NCBI GenBank assembly: GCA_020137815.1 | Contig: CM035350.1 | Location: 3,472,001-3,536,000 of the forward strand | Length of the DNA: 64,000 bases | Origin: Hormiphora californensis | Lineage: Eukaryota > Animalia > Ctenophora | Reading direction: 5' to 3' | In this document: one piece after another, positions 31,648 to 45,912 of the stretch | Numbering within the stretch: position 1 is the first letter of the stretch | Layout: every line of letters starts with the position of its first letter | Program-made: the position numbers and the translations under genes | Notes under the pieces: generated by a model | Database searches by the model: none | Seen by the model: the letters and a program-made list of their open reading frames with translations, nothing else | Told to the model about the DNA's origin: nothing

Positions 31648-32263
31648 CACGGTGTTCATTTTGGATCTTTACAAGCGTTGTGCTCCACCCAGAAAAAAGT
31701 TGAGAAGATTAGGTCATAAAATTTCATACTTGTACTATTCTATACCCTCATTCAAGGTTCCTGGGGTTTTTGGAGCTCTAGCACCCCTGGAAGTGTGTTT
31801 TTGGCATCAAAACTACCAGAAGGAATTTTTTGCTGATGCTGAGACTTTGCTAAAATGTTTTTTGGGTATTTTCTATGTTTTCTATGTGTTTTTCGGACTC
31901 AAAATTTCGTAAAAAGTGGCTGGAAAGACTCAATTTTTGCCGTTTTTGAGCCGTTTTCGAGCTTTTCCAGCTACTTTTATCGAAATTTTGAGTCCGAAAA
32001 ACACATCCAATCTCCATGAAACTTTAGGATTGACATAGAAAATACCCAAAAAACATTTTAGCAAAGTCTCAGCATCAGCAAAAAATTCCTTCTGGTAGTT
32101 TTGATGCCAAAAACACACTTCCCGGGGTGCTAGAGCTTCAAAACCCCCAGGAACCTTGAATGAGGGTATAGAATAGTCCAAGTATGAAGTTTCATGACCT
32201 AATCTTGTCAACTTTTTTCTGGGTGAAGCCCAACGCTTGTAAAGATCCAAAATGAACACCCTG
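31648..32263. mobile_element. Foldback Tc1/mariner-type MITE with arms of about 280 bp
   Basis: CACGGTGTTCATTTTGGATCTTTACAAGCG ... CGCTTGTAAAGATCCAAAATGAACACCCTG with TA flanks; near-identical ORFs on opposite strands. Confidence 0.88.
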
Positions 32264-32433
32264 TATATATATTTAATTGTTGAGTTTTCTTCTCAAACTG
32301 TGTTCAAATTTGAACACTTTTCATCTTAACCACCCGTATGATGGTTGGTCCCCGGCCCCCTTTTTACTCAAATTCCGTCCTTTATCTCCCCAGACCATTA
32401 AATACTCGAGCCCCATGAATCTGTACCCCTCGG

Positions 32434-33500
32434 ACCTTGGTTTCAAGCAGGAAGCGACCGGATATTCGGTTCGGTTCGGTTCGGTTCGGAAATTCGGTGT
32501 TTTTTGGGCGGTTCGGTTCGGTTCGGTTCGGTAGGAAATTTTGGCCGAACCACCGAATTTTTTGGTCAAAAAATGCCCAGAAATCGGGCTTTTTCATGCA
32601 AAATTTTTCATGAAAATTATATGGATTTCAATGTCAATTTCGCCGTATTAACCCTATTTCGAATCGGTGGTGCTATGTGGAAATGATTTCGCTAGTTAGC
32701 GGGTTCGATATGGATTGATTTGATACCTGACTTCCCGTCGAATCGTGTCCTCATGAGAGGGTCAACAAATTCAGAAACTTTTTTTTCAAAAAATTCATGG
32801 AGAGCACCGATCAAGGTGTTAAGAATCATTCTCTGAAATTTTGTAAAAAAGTTTGGAAAATATTTCAAAGTCAATTTTATGGAAAATTTTCTATGTCAAT
32901 TTTTGCGTACGAATCGTGTTTCGAATCGGTATTACGTGAAATTTTGTGAAATTTTTTTTGTGAAAAATATTTTAAGTAAATTATGGTATACGAATCGTGT
33001 TTCTAATCGACAATGCTAAACGGGAGTGATATTGGTAATTAGTGGGTCCGAGATGGATTGTGCTGATACGTGATCCCCCATCAAATCTAATTAGGAAATT
33101 TAGAGAGACACGATTCATGGTTCGTTTAATCCTGCTAATTAGCAATACCATTCCCGTATAGCATTGCCGATTCGAAACACGATTCGTACGGAAAAATTGA
33201 CATAGAAAATTTACGATAAAATTGACTTTGAAATTTTTTTCACAAAATTGACTTTGAAATTTTTTCAAACATTTTTTAACAAAATTTCAGAGAATGATTC
33301 TCAATACCTTGATAGGTGCTCTCCATGACTTTTTAGAGAAACATTTATACAGAAAAAGTTTTGTATGGTTCGGTTCGGTTCGGTTACCGAAATTCGGTTC
33401 GGTTCGGTTCGGTTCGGTTCGGTAAAAAAGTTTTTCAAATTCGGTTCGGTTCGGTTCGGTGGAAAAAAACCCGGTTCGGTCGTTTCCTGGTTTCAAGGGT
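32434..33500. mobile_element. Non-autonomous DNA element with (GGTTC)n subterminal arrays and internal inverted repeat
   Basis: CAGGAAGCGACCG / CGGTCGTTTCCTG imperfect termini; (TTCGG)n arrays at both ends; 32780-32925 inverted at 33168-33335. Confidence 0.65.
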
Positions 33501-34342
33501 CGGTCCAAACTTCACCTGTGTACTATTAACCTGTTTAAACCTGAGATAGATGGAGTTACATTCATGTTTCCCTGCACAATTTAGTCTCTATCCTTCTATT
33601 TATATATCTCCCTTCCCTCTCTCCCTATCTACATCTAATATCTCCCACTCTCTCTATCTCCCTCCCATTCTCTCCCCATGTAATCTAAATTATCTCTCCA
33701 TTATAGCAAGATGGGATCCCTTGAACAACAAATGGCCCTCTTCGAGGAGCTCATTTCACAGGATCAGGGCCCCACGAATGGAATCCTGGTACCGGGCGGT
33801 ATCCGTGGTCGACCCCATGCAGCCTAGCCTCGTTAGTATAGCACCCTTTGTCCCGGGACACTCAGTTGTAGTTTCACGTCCTGTAGGTATAATCTCGAGT
33901 GCTGGCGGCTACGGCCCTGGAGGACCTGCTGGAGGACCCCCGGGTGTTGTGTCGAGGAGTTTGATTCCACAACCGAGTAAAGTAAACTTTTTTAGTCGCC
34001 TGACCCACGTAATTAACATACACTACCCCATTCCGTTTTTAGGATGTAGTAGACAATTGTCCATAGTTCCATAGCAACCCTTACTGCACTAAGGGCCAAG
34101 TCGACAAAATGTTTACTTAGCATGACACCCAGATATTGTTTGGCCGGCTGCAAAGTTAGAGGCATTTGAGACTATGACGTAACGCGCGATGCTGTTTCAT
34201 TAGCATACCCTGCGCAAGATCTCAGCACTACAGCGCGCGCGATTTGCATTTCCCGGCCAAAGCTTGCATTCCGAACCCTCATCATGTCCACTTCCACTGG
34301 CAGTTCCAGTTTCATGATTTCCATTTTTCACTCCCTTGTAGC

Positions 34343-37066
34343 ATGGCAAGTAGCTCTATCAGACAGGTCCTGGCAGCGTGCAGAACCACCCTGAACAGCA
34401 GTAAGGAGATTTCTCTTGATGTACCCTGGGGGAAAGTGAAGGGAATAGAGGTCAGTATTTCCCTGTCTGGTCATGAGTAGTTCCTCTATAACTATTAGAT
34501 GATCATGTCGATGCATATTTTAACATTTTCTACTTTTCTCTAACTGAATTTTCGTTTTAGGTCGGACCAAAAGATGGTACTCCGGTGTTGATGATACACG
34601 GGTGGTTGGATAACTGCTATTCCTTTGTACCTCTTCTGTCAGCACTACCCCCGACCCGGCGCTACATTGCCCTGGACCTCCCTGGACACGGACATTCCTC
34701 CCATAAACCGGAGACCGCCTACAACTTAGTACTAAGTACGGAATACACATAGCAAAATAAATAAAGACACAGTATGTTAGGGGCGATTCTGGGGAGGTGG
34801 ACGGGGCTAGTATATTTGTACAGTTGGGGGGGGGGGACGACATGTTAATTGTTAATAAATCACCTCTTTTTTTCGATTTTGTTAATTAACGTTAATTAAC
34901 AAAATTAACAAAATTAACAAATGCTAAAAGACCGTTCTTATTGGCTGATAATACGACTTTAACTGGTTTAATTTTATAGTTTAATGACTTACCTAACGCA
35001 TATATACCCAAACAAGGCCTTTTCCGATAACTTAAGTCCGACATACAGGTTTTTTTGGCTCAAAACGGATAAAAATTAAAAATTTACAAATATTTCTATT
35101 TAGCGTATAAAATCTCACTTCAACGTAATTTTTTCATTGGTAATCGATTCTTTGGACTTAATAAGATGATACAGTCGGACCCCGATTTAGGGCCCCCCGA
35201 TTTAGTGGCACCCCGATTTAGGGACAGGATTTTTTTCCCCCGATATAGGAAATTAACCTTATTTGACCCCGATTTAGTGGACACCCCGATTTAGTGGACA
35301 AGAGCCTTTCCCCCGAGGGTGTCCCTAAATCGGGGTCCGACTGTATACAACATTTTTGTTGAAAAAGGAAATGAAATTTTTCCAAAATCAATTTTTTGGT
35401 CAAAGATTGAAAATTTGCTTCGCTACAAATCCTTGTGGTTTTTTAGAAAAATTTATTTTTGGGATATTTTTCGGTTTAAGGTAAATTCATGAGTCTGACT
35501 TAATTTTTAGGGTTGGAAAATGTGGATTAGTGTCATTTGACTTCAATTGCGGTTTATTTTGGCTAGTTTTTATTAAAATTTACACAATGGAACAAATCGC
35601 TGTAAAAAAGCCGTAGTAGAGGTAGTGGTGGTATTTAAATCGTGCAGAAGGAACAACTTTGCTCGCAGAATAAGTGTTAAATACCAAAAATACGTGCAAA
35701 AGGGGATTTAGATGGTATAAATGGCATTTGTTAACGTTTGTTAACTTTTTGTTAATTAACCACCTGTTTTCTCGATGTTAATATTAACAAAGTTAACAAA
35801 ATTAACATGTCGCACAGTTATGAACCCCCTAAAAACCTTCCTCCTTTTTGCAGACTGGGTTGTTGACATGGAGGCCATTAGACGCTCTCTCAACTTGGAT
35901 CATTTCTCCCTGATTGGCCATAGTTTGGGTGGTATCATAACGTCACTCTATTCAGCGACATACCCCGACAAGATAGATAGGTCCGTGGTAATGGATGGTA
36001 TCATGCCTTTCAACGAAGGGAAGAGTGTAAGTAAAACATCTGTAAACTCAGTTTACTAAACTGTTTACTAAACTGTTTCCTCAAGAACTGTTACAGTGGT
36101 GCTCCGTCAAATTGGCCGGCGGCGCACATCGGCGCCCACGACGTCCAAAACATGCGAAAAAGCGATCAATGTTAGCGGACTGTGTCTTAGACCGCGTAGA
36201 CAACTCTTTATGCGGGCAGCCAATTGACGGGGTTCCACTGCAGCGGACCAGACTATATCTTGAAATGCTTTGGCCTGTCTTCAACAGCCTTGAGCCTATA
36301 CCATATATTATATGGAAAGCGAGAGAGAGAAAGGGGTTGCCTACTGGGGTGAAATTAACTTTTTTTAATAAAACTGACATCACTCCTGGATTAGTGCACG
36401 TGCCAGCAAGATTATATCGAGTGCACGTTACACACTCGACAGGTTCATAACCCTCTTCTTTGTACCCAGGTTACTGAGGTATTACGTAAGGCCTCGGATG
36501 ATCGGCTGAATGACGCCTACTCCCACAAAGTTTACCCGAGTGCAGAGCTTCTTGCACAGGTGAAGGCGAACTCGACCTGGTACCAAGGTCTGGACCCTGC
36601 CTATTGCCAGTTTATGGGAGAGAGGGGTAGTGAAGTAGTGGATGGTGCAGGGGGTGTCAGACAACTGTATAGCCCAGCTCTTCGGTATGGAAGTCTTACG
36701 TATCTGACATTGCAACAGTCAATGGAATTTATGAAAAGCCTGCGGAAACCATATCTGCTCATTCTAGGAAGCTAAAGGGATCAAGTCGTTCACCTCCTCC
36801 CGCAGTTACTGGTTAGTTATTTACTGCTTACAATAGTACTTTGGTACATTTTTCGATTGCTATAAGTACCTGATTTGACTCTCATTGGGCCAGTTCAGAC
36901 ACTAGTGTTATCTATCTTTCTCCCCCCTATAGAATTTAAAAATGTGCTAGTGGCTAGTAATCCCATCATCAGAGAGGAAACTCTTCCCGGACCACATCAC
37001 TTCCACATGTCAAATGCTACTGAGACGGCTGCTATGATAGACTCCTTCCTATCGGAGGACGCTTAG
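34343..37066 (+). CDS. Serine hydrolase-like (SERHL/kraken-type alpha/beta hydrolase), paralogue A
   Basis: Exons about 34343-34450, 34561-34735, 35854-36026, 36470-36811, 36933-37066. Motifs VPWG, HGWLDN, DLPGHGHSSH, GHSLGG, GPHHFHM. In-frame TAA at 36773 (indel error or inactivation). Confidence 0.85.
34838..35812. mobile_element. TIR element in SERHL-A intron 2 (CGACATGTTAATT...AATTAACATGTCG) with TTAACAAAA subrepeats
   Basis: Inverted termini and subterminal repeats; hosts a nested MITE. Confidence 0.6.
35172..35343. mobile_element. Tc1/pogo-type MITE (CAGTCGGACCCCGATTTAG)
   Basis: Perfect TIR with TA flanks; a shorter relative lies at 45475-45548. Confidence 0.85.
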
Positions 37067-37311
37067 GTTTAATATTTTGTAGAATATGTTATTGGAACTG
37101 ATAACAAATCAATTTATTAAACAGGGTAATTAGGAAGAATGTAATTTATGTGTATTATGCGTTGTTTTGATGAGCTGTGAGTCACAGCAGCTGTGACCCA
37201 TCTGTGACCCATCTGTGTAATTCCTATTGGAGTTGTTAACTTTTAGATGCCTGTGATTTATTATTTGTATGCCCTTGCTTGTTATTGAATCCCTGATCTT
37301 CTCTTTAGCCC

Positions 37312-39803
<2,492 letters not shown>

Positions 39804-39944
39804 ATTACAATATCTGTGTGTATATATTTGTCATTTTCATAATGTTTTGCATTCTGTTCTGCATTGTATCCCGTTTTTCTAACTTCTGTCTTGTGCTAAA
39901 TTTTTCCTCTCAACATATATTTTCTTGTGATAGTTATAGCATAC

Positions 39945-42900
39945 ATGAGTAAAAGAAAGTCTACAGAAGACTCAGTGGGTGCGGCGGGGAGCAGTACATC
40001 CCAGGCGAAATTACAACGCAAAGCTCCCGATGCTGATAATTGTAACCAGGAGTTTGTGGGTGTGTTGAATCAACTTGCAGAGTACGAGAAGAGTGTCTCG
40101 GGGAATGTGTTTAAAGCTAAAGCCTACAAGAAAGCTGCACACACGGTATGTGAGTCCCCTCCACGAACCCAGTCCCTTTCCCAGTCCCTCGTCAGGCCAA
40201 TACTCTGACAGCTTTTCCTTACACGTATTCAGTTCACTGCAAACCAAAAGTCAAACTGCAGTTGTTACAAATCAACATAGTACCCTTCACAACTATCCCA
40301 CTCATACTAGAGTATTACATCTGCAAAGCTAGGTAGTGTAGGTACCTCCGCAAAATGCCATTAATTTCATGCTACCGTTAGGTTAGTACGTGGTTTCTGT
40401 TCCCAGTTGTCAAGCATTGCTGTGGGTTACGTTAGAGTGCGGCGTTTAATGGTTAATACCTACGTAAAGGGAATTGCGGGAACCAATCATAAACCTCATG
40501 GCTCAATCATGATTGAAGGCTTCTCAAGTTTCTGACTGGCGCAAATTCAATTTCAATCAAGCGCCAGTCAGAAAATTCATAAACAATTCCATGCATTACA
40601 ACACCCTCTCCATGACTTACCCGTTCCACACAATATGCCGAGATTCTAGAACAATCAGCTATCCTGTCTCACAGCTGCCCTGTCTCACAAACCCTGCCTC
40701 CTCCGTGACATAACAGTCATGTAGTATGAATGTAGTAGACTGACATTTGGTTATCTGATCACGGTTATCCTTCCTTCTCTCTCCCTAGCTCTCCTCCCTC
40801 TCCTCCCTATCTCTAATTTGCGTCGTCCCTCGACCTGTCTCAGTTAGCGGGGGTGAGCTACAAGATAACTTCTGGAAAGGAGGCTATGAAATTACCCGGG
40901 ATCGGAAAACAGATCGGAGCTAAGCTAGACGAGTTTGTTTTAACAGGAAAATTAAAGAAAATCGATAAAATTGAGGGAGATGAGGTGTGTACAACTCTTT
41001 CGGTTTTTATTTTCCCTGTCAGCTTCACTGCAATTGCACATGTGACTTCACTATTTGTATTAGACTTCGACTGCGATAACACTGCTGACTCGAGTTCACG
41101 GTATTGGACCTGTAGCTGCTCGGGCCTTTGTTGAACAGGGAATCAGGAGCGTGGACGACTTAGCAAAAATACAAGACACACTTTCACATGCCCAACAAGT
41201 CGGCCTGAAATACTTTAAGTTAGTGCGGGTTAAATGGAATTGTTGGCATACTTGTCCTCCTAATTTCGTGTGTAGCACAGTGTCAGGCGACTCCATAGTA
41301 AACCTTGGGGGGGGGGGGTCCAGCCCTAAAAAAAGCTAAAGGTACCCTGATTTTGGTCGATAGCGTTTTTTATTTTAGCTTTTTTTAGCTTTTTTTAGCT
41401 TTTTTTAGCTTTTTTTAGCCCTACTTTTTATGTTTTTTCAGCATTCATCTTGACACTTTTCCATTAAATTTTCATCCTTTCGGACGTCTATTGACTGCAT
41501 TTGTTCATTTCCTGCACATTTTTTACCATAATCTACCGTTTATGTCCATACATAGCAATTTCTGTATCCACCCCTACTGCCATTTTCTGGAGACATTTTT
41601 TCGATAAAAATATTATTCAAATTTGATAAAAATAGTTTTAAAAAAGTTCAAAAAACGTTATAAAACGTTATAATAAAAGTTTAAAAAATTTGGCGTCAGC
41701 GGGATTCGAACCTATATGAATCCACTAAAAACTCAATTTTAGCTTTTTTTAGCTTTTTTTAGCTTTTTTTAGCCTTAAAAAGCTAAAAAAAGCTAAATAA
41801 AGCTAAAAAAGGCTAAAAAAAGCTAAAAAAAGCTAAAAAAAGCTAAAAAAAGCTAAAAAAAGCTAAAGGTACCCTGATTTTGGCCGTTAGCTTAGCTTTT
41901 AGGGCTGGACCCCCCCCCAACCTTTTTCAATCTAAAGGATGTTTATTTGGGCGGGGAATAGAAGCAGCAGGGGGTTTCAGGGATCACGGAGCAGGGAGCT
42001 AGGGTTGGGAAGGTAACAATATTAGACTCCTTCTTGAGTGCAAGGTGGTACCTGTGTTCCCAGACTTAACCACATTCTAATGTGTTTTCCATGTCCCCCA
42101 CTCCAATCATCCCTTGTTTAATACTCTCCCACCCCCTGCAGGGAGTTTGAGGAACCCATTCCTAGAGAGGAAATTACCCGCTTCAAAGACATCCTAACTA
42201 AGGTCTTCTCAAAGTTGGATGAAAAGCTACAATTTCAAATTTGTGGTAGCTACAGAAGGGAGAAGTCACACAGTCATGATGTTGATATACTAGTTTCTCA
42301 CCCAAGTAAGTGTACCCAATAGCAGGAACCGAATCAGGAAATGCTGGTCCCTGATTGGCTGATAACCAGTCACGTGACCTAAATAACGAGTTCTGATTGG
42401 TTGTTTACTTGGCAGTTTACTTGGTAGTTTACTTGGCAGTTTACTTGGCAGTTTACTTGGCAGTTTACTTGGCAGTTTACTTGGCAGTTTACTTGGCAGT
42501 TTATAGCAACCAATGATCTCATACCTGATTATAGCAGTTTAAATTAGCTGGGGAGGGAGACATAGAGAAAGTGAGGAGATTGAGTGTATTTTATTTTGTT
42601 CTACCGCCCACGAATATTATGAGACGAGACGCGGTGCCGTACCAGACAGCATCCCAAGCACTTTAGTTATAATATCTCGTACTGCTTTAAAAGACAGCGG
42701 TACGAGATAAAGCTGCTCTCCCGTAGGTATAAGGGTCTGGGTAACTAGTTAAACTCCTGGGAACTCTTAGATTAGCTGTCAGGTCAATGCTCTGACCACA
42801 GTTCTAGCGCGCTCCGCCAATGCTCTGACAGTAGATTAGGGGCTAGGACTGACAATTATACATACCAGCCCTTTTCTAACTGCAGGTTTCACCTCAAAGA

Positions 42901-43249
42901 TGAAAACACCCCCGCCTGAGATGAAATTAAAAACTATCGTTGAATTTCTAACCAGCGATGGACACCTTCTGGATACTCTCTCCCTTGGTCCTGTCAAGTT
43001 TATGGGTAAGTCCACATAGTATATGAATTGGTTCAGTTTGAGAGCCATGACCGTACCCATTTCAATTTCCAGACCTTGTCCCGTTATTCACACAAATCAC
43101 ATCTTTTTTCTGTTTCTCATCTGAAGATTTGCAAGAAAAATCTAGCTCGTTTGACATAATATGCTCATCGTACTTTATTTCTCAGAATGGGCCCGACAGA
43201 ATTTAGCTACATTTCATGCCACTCTCTTTTCTCTCCCTCTCTCTCGTTC

Positions 43250-43289
<40 letters not shown>

Positions 43290-43295
43290 CTCTCT

Positions 43296-43326
<31 letters not shown>

Positions 43327-44920
43327 CTCTCTCTCAATAATATTCCCCAAGACTTGACAACTCGACCACTTTAACCACCCTAGTCTGCATTGGAAAGGCA
43401 ACTTTAACATAACCTCATTTCACATTTGGTTAAGAAGTCACCCCTGTTATTATATAATTGCATATTGAGCTGGTATACCAACTTTTTATGTGTATTTGGC
43501 TGAAAACCCGGATTTCAGAAGGCTATAGCGTGGCTGTCTTTCATCCGATTAACTTGAAATTTGGAATGTATAGTGTATTCCCACCTTGGGGTTTTTAACT
43601 TAATTTAAAAATTTCAAGTCTCTATCTCATCTGAGACCAAAGTTACAGACTGGTCTCAATTACTGAAGATGATTCAGTGCACAAGAATGGCAACCTATGC
43701 GCTTGCCAGCGCAGTGATATATTCCATCTTCTGATCCTTCTTCTTGTTGCTACCATAGTTAATATATTTCTGTCAGGTGTGGGAATAGTGGCAGGTAAAT
43801 CTCGGAGGATTGACATCCGTCTGGTGCCTCACGACACCTTCTGGTGTGGGGTACTCTATTTTACTGGTTCTGATGTCTTTAACCAAGAGGTTAGAATGAC
43901 GGCCCTTTTAAAACCAAGTGCGCGACAGAGGGGGTTCATAAATCCCGCCCTCTATTGCGCGGCGGATGGGAGATATCCTATTATCTTCCCATGACAGTCC
44001 CTGTCCAGTGCACTGCAGTGCACTGTCATGTGGAGTTCTGAAGGTGCAGACTGAAAATCATGGTTGTACTGGTTCTCATTAGGCGATTCTTATGTGTGGT
44101 TCTTTTTCAAAACAACGCCCCAAAAATATTTTTTGGTATGAATATGCCCACTTTCTCTTGAAGTCTTGAATGAAAAAGAGGAGAAATAGTATAGAGAGAA
44201 TGGAAGACAAAAGAGAAGGAGAGCCTAATCGCAAGTTTAATTTGTCAAGCCCACGAAGAGAGTATAGTAGATTATTTGCTCCAATACATCGGCATATTTT
44301 GTAGCAATTCTCTCCAAGTAAAGGATTAAATTGTGAAAGGATAGCGAGTTTCGTAGCTCCGCGTCCGTGATGCGGGAAGTATATTATTTGGGAGGTGCCA
44401 TAAAGTTGTCAGATCAATAATATAGTCTGGTTGATATATGGGAGAAGTTTTGCATCTTTGAGAGGGTAGAACTTCTCCCATCCCCTTCTCCCACAACTGT
44501 CATCCATTTAAATACCATTTATATTCCCTCCCATGTGACAGATGCGAGGGCATGCCCAGACGGTGGGGTTCACCTTGAATGAATATAGTGTCAAGCCCCT
44601 CGGCGAGCTGGGAAAACCAGGTAGGAAACTCGAGATCATGAGCTATATATTTCCATACCAGGATAGAATTATATCACGGGTTATATTGTTCCCTCCCTTT
44701 TTGAATGACATGTTCCCTGATGTGCTGCCCTTCACAATTCACATGCACAGTATTAGCTATATAATAGGGCGATATGACGCGTCTCTTCTTGAACTATTTA
44801 GTTGAACCGCTCCCCCTTTTAGGTGAACCCCTCCCTGTTGAAAGCGAGGAAGATATATTCGACTACCTGGGGTTGGAGTATGTTGCCCCACCCGCTAGGA
44901 TCACCCTGAATCTGCCATGA
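39945..44920 (+). CDS. POLB: DNA polymerase beta (family X, no BRCT domain)
   Basis: MSKRK start; [15 protein letters not shown]; [15 protein letters not shown] (HhH, lyase Lys); GIGP; GLKYF; CGSYRR....DVDIL.SHP; KFMG; RRIDIRL; YFTGSD.FN..MR; LNEY; [10 protein letters not shown]. Eight exons. Confidence 0.95.
41306..41920. mobile_element. TIR element in POLB intron with (TTTTTTAGC)n subterminal arrays
   Basis: TTGGGG..GTCCAGCCCTAAAAA / TTTTTAGGGCTGGACCCC..CAA termini. Confidence 0.75.
42403..42503. repeat. 12-bp minisatellite (GTTTACTTGGCA)n
   Basis: About 8 direct copies. Confidence 0.9.
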
Positions 44921-45285
44921 TGATAAACCAAGGTACAGCTACAATATTTATTGTTGTTCAAGTAAAATATTATAATTATGGTGGGGTATGTAATTACAGA
45001 GTTAGTTCAGAATAATAACGGAATACAAATCTAAATTAAGAACTGGTGCACATTAAATATTGTCACACGGTGTGTCCGATCCGTACAGTCCAGACTCATT
45101 GCAATTATACCACACGATATAAGAAGGGATTTGGAAGATATATATGTCGTGTTCACCAAGTCAGCTAGGGATTCATCATTATGGGGTTATCAGTACACCA
45201 GTGCAGGTAGCTGCGATATATTATAGTAGGGGGGCTGCACCGGGTTAGAGAGCAATATGTATATACGTGTCATGGAGCTGCACAT

Positions 45286-45847
45286 TTAACTCTTCTTGAT
45301 GGCCACTGAGATCTTGACAAGGAGGTTCTGGGTGAACTCAGAGTAGCTGACCTCACCATCACCATCAATATCCAGCTGGAGGAAAGAGAGGGGGAGTTAG
45401 AATGTGGGGGGTATACGTTCCTCAGGCATAGCTGACCACTTGATCTCGGACAGGGCTATTTGAATAGCAATATGCAGTCGGACACCGATTTAACGGCACC
45501 CTCGGGGGAAAGAGTTTTGTTCGGGGCCGTTAAATCGGGGTCCGACTGTATAATACTGAGCTGAGAGTGGTCAGCTTCATATCGCACTGACAGTATGATG
45601 CTTGTTTTGTATGGTGCTGACAGTATGGTGCTTGTTTTTTATGGTGCTGACACTAGTATGGTGCTTGTTTTTATGTTCTAACCCTTCTCGCGAAAAGAGG
45701 GTCGAGCTAGGTAAAGGACTTGTTTTGTATGGTCAAATTGAAGAATGAAGCTTATTATATGTGATGAATTGATGCTCCTGGGAATGCTAACTGAATGGTA
45801 CTGATTAAGTAGGTAGCCTGTCAACCTCCTCGCGAGAGAGAGAGAGT

Positions 45848-45912
<65 letters not shown>

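Noticed and set aside
31652-32259. Two similar 86-109 aa ORFs on opposite strands
   Set aside because: Artefact of a foldback MITE
33550-34074. 174-aa ORF, and the 162-aa ORF at 63236-63724
   Set aside because: Low-complexity or no recognisable domain, and no supporting splice structure
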